From an uncultured Barnesiella sp. (GTDB lineage Bacteria; Bacteroidota; Bacteroidia; Bacteroidales; Muribaculaceae): a stretch of 64,000 bases of DNA. The notes below the pieces were generated by a model. The model saw only the letters and a list, made by a program, of their open reading frames with translations. It was not told the DNA's origin and did not search any database. Position numbers and translations under genes: made by a program. The DNA is taken from contig CAYWXG010000001.1 of the NCBI GenBank assembly GCA_964462445.1, positions 11,874-75,873 on the forward strand, read 5' to 3'. Of the stretch, positions 61,073 through 64,000 are shown in pieces (positions within the stretch are counted from its first letter, which is position 1; every line of letters begins with the position of its first letter).

Positions 61073-61421
61073 ATTAATATTGTTTAATATATGTGCGATT
61101 TTCCTACATATTTATTCATTTTTTTTCTTCTTAATTCACATTTTTTCTATCATTTCTCCTCTTCTGATTATAGATCGCTCTTTAGAAAGAATCCATTTCC
61201 CCTTTACAATATTTCCAAAGAAACCTTCACCCAATGAAATGCCGAAACACGAAGTGGAAGTAGTGCAGCGTTGAGGAATTCAGACAATGAATTAATCCTC
61301 GTCTGTGTCATCATTTGATTTATGATATAGTGCCCCCCGAGCCTAAATATTAAGAATGCTAATGCTGCAATACGTCCAATATTCAAATATTTGCTTTATT
61401 TTGATTTATGCATATAGATGA

Positions 61422-61979
61422 TTATTGCTTTATTTTGACGGATTTGGGTAATGAGGTATTCTTACATCCTACAATCAGAGTATTTGATTTAGTCTCAATT
61501 ATTGCGTTGCAATTATTTCGAGAATCATAAATTTTATTCTGAGGATCTATAATTATCGTTGATAATCCGGGACAATCATGAAATGCGAATCTGCCAATTT
61601 TAGTTACTGATTTGGGTATCTGAACTTTTGGCAGGTTGGCACAATCGCTAAAGGCATATTTCCCTATACATGTTATAGTATTTGGGATTGTTACTTTCTT
61701 TAATTCAACACATGAGGAGAATGCGCTCTCTCCAATTGATATTACTTTATAGGTTGTGCCCGCATAATTTACTGAGGTTGGGATAGTGACGTTGCCGGTG
61801 TATTCATTAGAATAGGTAAGTGAGTTCTCCCCTTTATATGTGATTTCGACGGTTTTGTTGTTGAATGATAGTTTCCTATAATAGATTCCTGCAACTTCAA
61901 TATCGTGAGCGAAAGCATGATTGATACCGACAAGTATCATTATAATAATTATCCAAGATTGGCAACTACGGCATTTCAT
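61422..61979 (-). CDS. Small BspA-type leucine-rich-repeat (LRR_5/TpLRR-like) secreted protein
   Basis: Signal peptide from ATG 61979 (MKCRSCQSWIIIIMILVGINHAFA). Repeats IGESAFSSC..LKKVTIP / IGKYAFSDC..LPKVQIP / IGRFAFHDC..L. The ORF extends to a TTG at 62009. Confidence 0.7.
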   Translation of the reverse strand: MKCRSCQSWIIIIMILVGINHAFAHDIEVAGIYYRKLSFNNKTVEITYKGENSLTYSNEYTGNVTIPTSVNYAGTTYKVISIGESAFSSCVELKKVTIPNTITCIGKYAFSDCANLPKVQIPKSVTKIGRFAFHDCPGLSTIIIDPQNKIYDSRNNCNAIIETKSNTLIVGCKNTSLPKSVKIKQ

Positions 61980-62293
61980 AATAAAATGTTTGTATTTTTC
62001 TATCCCCAAATATAATAAATCCTCAACACGTAAAGAAAAATATGTCGCGAAAAAAACGCAATATATATCATAAAATAATTATAGATGGTGCCGTGGCTTT
62101 AAATAGTCAAAACTCTTTGCCGGTGGAATTCGAAAATTGTTTTTCTCTGCTCAAATTGTTTTTGATGTATTATGTTGTTTGAAATTTTATTATTTTTTGG
62201 TCTATTTTTCTGACATTTTGCCATATCTTGCGCGAATATTTAGAATAATGGAAATTTTTCTTTAAGTTATATCTGTTTTACAATAAAAATTAC

Positions 62294-62301
62294 TACTTTT
62301 G
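62294..62301 (+). promoter_or_regulatory. -7 box TACTTTTG upstream of serC
   Basis: TAnnTTTG match 35 nt upstream of the ATG. No clear -33 element. Confidence 0.4.
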
Positions 62302-62335
62302 CAAAAAATCAATGTAAATTTTATTACTCACCGTT

Positions 62336-63403
62336 ATGAAGAAACATAACTTTTATGCAGGCCCATCTATCTTGAGCCAGTACACTATCAAAAACACTGC
62401 CGACGCAGTGCTCAATTTTGCTGATACAGGTCTCTCTATTCTCGAAGTGTCTCACCGTAGCAAAGAGTTCCAAGCCGTTATCGACGAAGCTAACGCGCTT
62501 GTGAAAGAATTGCTCGACGTCCCCGCAGGTTACGAAGTAGTTTTCCTCGGAGGTGGTGCAAGCCTTCAATTTGCGATGGTGCCCTTCAACCTTCTCAAAA
62601 CTAAAGCTGCCTATATCGATACCGGTGTTTGGGCTAATAAAGCTATAAAAGAAGCTAAACTTTTCGGCGATGTTGAGGTCGTTGCTTCTTCTAAGGATGC
62701 TAACTACACTTTCATCCCCAAAGATTACACAATACCTGCCGATGCCGACTATTTCCATTTTACTACCAACAACACTATCTACGGTACTGAAACTCGTAAA
62801 GACATCGACTCTCCCGTGCCTTTGGTGGCTGATATGTCGTCCGACATCTTCTCTCGTCCTATCGACGTTGCTAAATACAACTGTATTTATGCCGGTGCGC
62901 AGAAGAACCTTGCTCCGGCAGGCGTAACTATAGTCATCGTTAAAGAAGATGCTCTCGGTAAAGTGGATCGCCCTATTCCCACTATGCTCAACTACCAGAC
63001 TCACACCTCTAAGGGCTCAATGTTCAACACTCCCCCCGTGCTTCCTATCTACTCTGCGTTGCAGACTCTTCGCTACTACAAGCAACTCGGCGGCGTGAAA
63101 GAACTCGAAAAAATCAACATCGAAAAAGCTGCAATCCTCTACGATGCAATTGACTCAAGCAAATTGTTCGTTGGTACTGCCGCTGAAGAAGACCGCTCTT
63201 TGATGAACGTTTGCTTCGTGATGAAACCCGAATATGCTGAGCTCGAAAAAGAATTCGTTGAATTTGCTTCTGCTAATGGCATGGTAGGCATCAAAGGACA
63301 CCGTTCTGTTGGTGGTTTCCGTGCATCGCTCTACAATGCAATGCCTATTGAAAGCGTTAAAGCTCTCGTTGCTTGCATGAAAGAATTTGAAGCTAAACAC
63401 TAA
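62336..63403 (+). CDS. serC: Phosphoserine aminotransferase
   Basis: 355 aa with FYAGPS N-terminus, [14 protein letters not shown] (PLP lysine) and [10 protein letters not shown] motifs. Confidence 0.95.
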   Translation: MKKHNFYAGPSILSQYTIKNTADAVLNFADTGLSILEVSHRSKEFQAVIDEANALVKELLDVPAGYEVVFLGGGASLQFAMVPFNLLKTKAAYIDTGVWANKAIKEAKLFGDVEVVASSKDANYTFIPKDYTIPADADYFHFTTNNTIYGTETRKDIDSPVPLVADMSSDIFSRPIDVAKYNCIYAGAQKNLAPAGVTIVIVKEDALGKVDRPIPTMLNYQTHTSKGSMFNTPPVLPIYSALQTLRYYKQLGGVKELEKINIEKAAILYDAIDSSKLFVGTAAEEDRSLMNVCFVMKPEYAELEKEFVEFASANGMVGIKGHRSVGGFRASLYNAMPIESVKALVACMKEFEAKH

Positions 63404-63417
63404 TCTATTGATATTTT

Positions 63418-64000
63418 ATGAAAGTATTAGTTGCTACCGAGAAGCCCTTTGCTGCTGTTGCAGTTAATGGTATTCGCGAAGAAATCGAAAATGCAGGATA
63501 CGAACTTCTCCTTCTCGAGAAATATACAGATAAAGCCGACCTCCTTAAAGCTGTCGCAGATGTCGATGCATTGATTATTCGTTCCGACAAAGTTGACGCT
63601 GAGGTGCTCGACGCTGCAAAAAATCTCAAAGTTGTTGTGCGCGCAGGTGCCGGTTACGACAATGTTGACCTTGCTGCCGCTACAGCCCACAACGTGTGTG
63701 TTGAAAACACCCCGGGTCAAAACTCTAACGCTGTTGCCGAACTCGTTTTCGGTATAGCTGTGATGGCTTTCCGAAATATGTATAATGGCACTTCGGGTGC
63801 TGAACTTAAAGGCAAAACTCTTGGTATTCACGCTTTCGGGCAAGTTGGTCGCAATGTCGCTCGTATCGCTAAAGGCTTCGGAATGGAAGTCTCTGCGCTC
63901 GACCCCTATTGCCCCGATGAAGTGATGATTGAAGCAGGTGTTGTTCCTGTTCATTCTGTGGAAGAACTCTACAAAAACAACCAAGTCGTTTCGCTTCACA
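63418..64000 (+). CDS. serA: D-3-phosphoglycerate dehydrogenase (2-hydroxyacid dehydrogenase family), 5' fragment running off the window
   Basis: My own translation from ATG 63418: MKVLVATEKPF...VVRAGAGYDNVDL...GIHAFGQVGRNVA (NAD GxGxxG). It is absent from the supplied ORF track because no stop lies in the window. 14 nt after serC. Confidence 0.85.
   Translation, partial: MKVLVATEKPFAAVAVNGIREEIENAGYELLLLEKYTDKADLLKAVADVDALIIRSDKVDAEVLDAAKNLKVVVRAGAGYDNVDLAAATAHNVCVENTPGQNSNAVAELVFGIAVMAFRNMYNGTSGAELKGKTLGIHAFGQVGRNVARIAKGFGMEVSALDPYCPDEVMIEAGVVPVHSVEELYKNNQVVSLH

Noticed and set aside
61080-61274. 64-aa plus-strand ORF in the region upstream of the cluster
   Set aside because: It is a Phe/Ile-rich translation of AT-rich DNA, with no promoter or start context and no motifs. 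It is probably non-coding.
62324-63004. 226-aa ORF antisense to serC
   Set aside because: It overlaps the clearly recognisable serC frame and has no motifs or plausible start context.
63427-63999. 190-aa minus-strand ORF at the window end
   Set aside because: The plus strand encodes a convincing SerA N-terminus over the same interval, so the minus-strand ORF is a shadow.

Overview
This window looks like a Bacteroidales (Bacteroidota) chromosomal segment. The signs are TAnnTTTG-type -7 promoter boxes, few Shine-Dalgarno sites, a MurF-Alr fusion and an argR-GNAT-argG-argC layout. I saw no rRNA, tRNA, CRISPR array, integrase or transposase. About 45 kb is housekeeping: TrkH fragment, CpsB phosphatase, CstA, a NeuC/NeuA/CBS-nucleotidyltransferase trio, Obg, PgeF, Pif1-like helicase, MutS2, GroES/EL, PlsC-like, GlyA, PyrBI, MurF-Alr, GSCFA, a large OmpA lipoprotein, ilvD-ilvB-ilvN-thioesterase-ilvC, argR-GNAT-argG-argC, a 5'-nucleotidase, SerC and a SerA fragment. 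The main finding is a tightly packed nine-gene minus-strand cluster at about 45.2-61.0 kb, lying between the arg and ser loci. It encodes a 1062-aa actin/Hsp70-fold ATPase (SrfB-like by recollection), a roughly 970-aa dynamin-like GTPase (SrfC-like by recollection), a membrane-anchored subtilase and a second P-loop GTPase. It also encodes five membrane-anchored or secreted proteins with no motifs I recognise. I cannot assign this combination to any characterised system, and I propose it as an envelope-anchored, NTP-driven machine of unknown function. Secondary observations include a secreted Trp/Tyr-rich protein with an RGG tail next to a FadL-like porin, an incomplete nonulosonic-acid gene set, an arginine-operon GNAT with a Cys/His cluster, and a polytopic membrane protein with three C-terminal repeats. 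All protein calls come from motif recognition by eye. No database search or composition calculation was possible.
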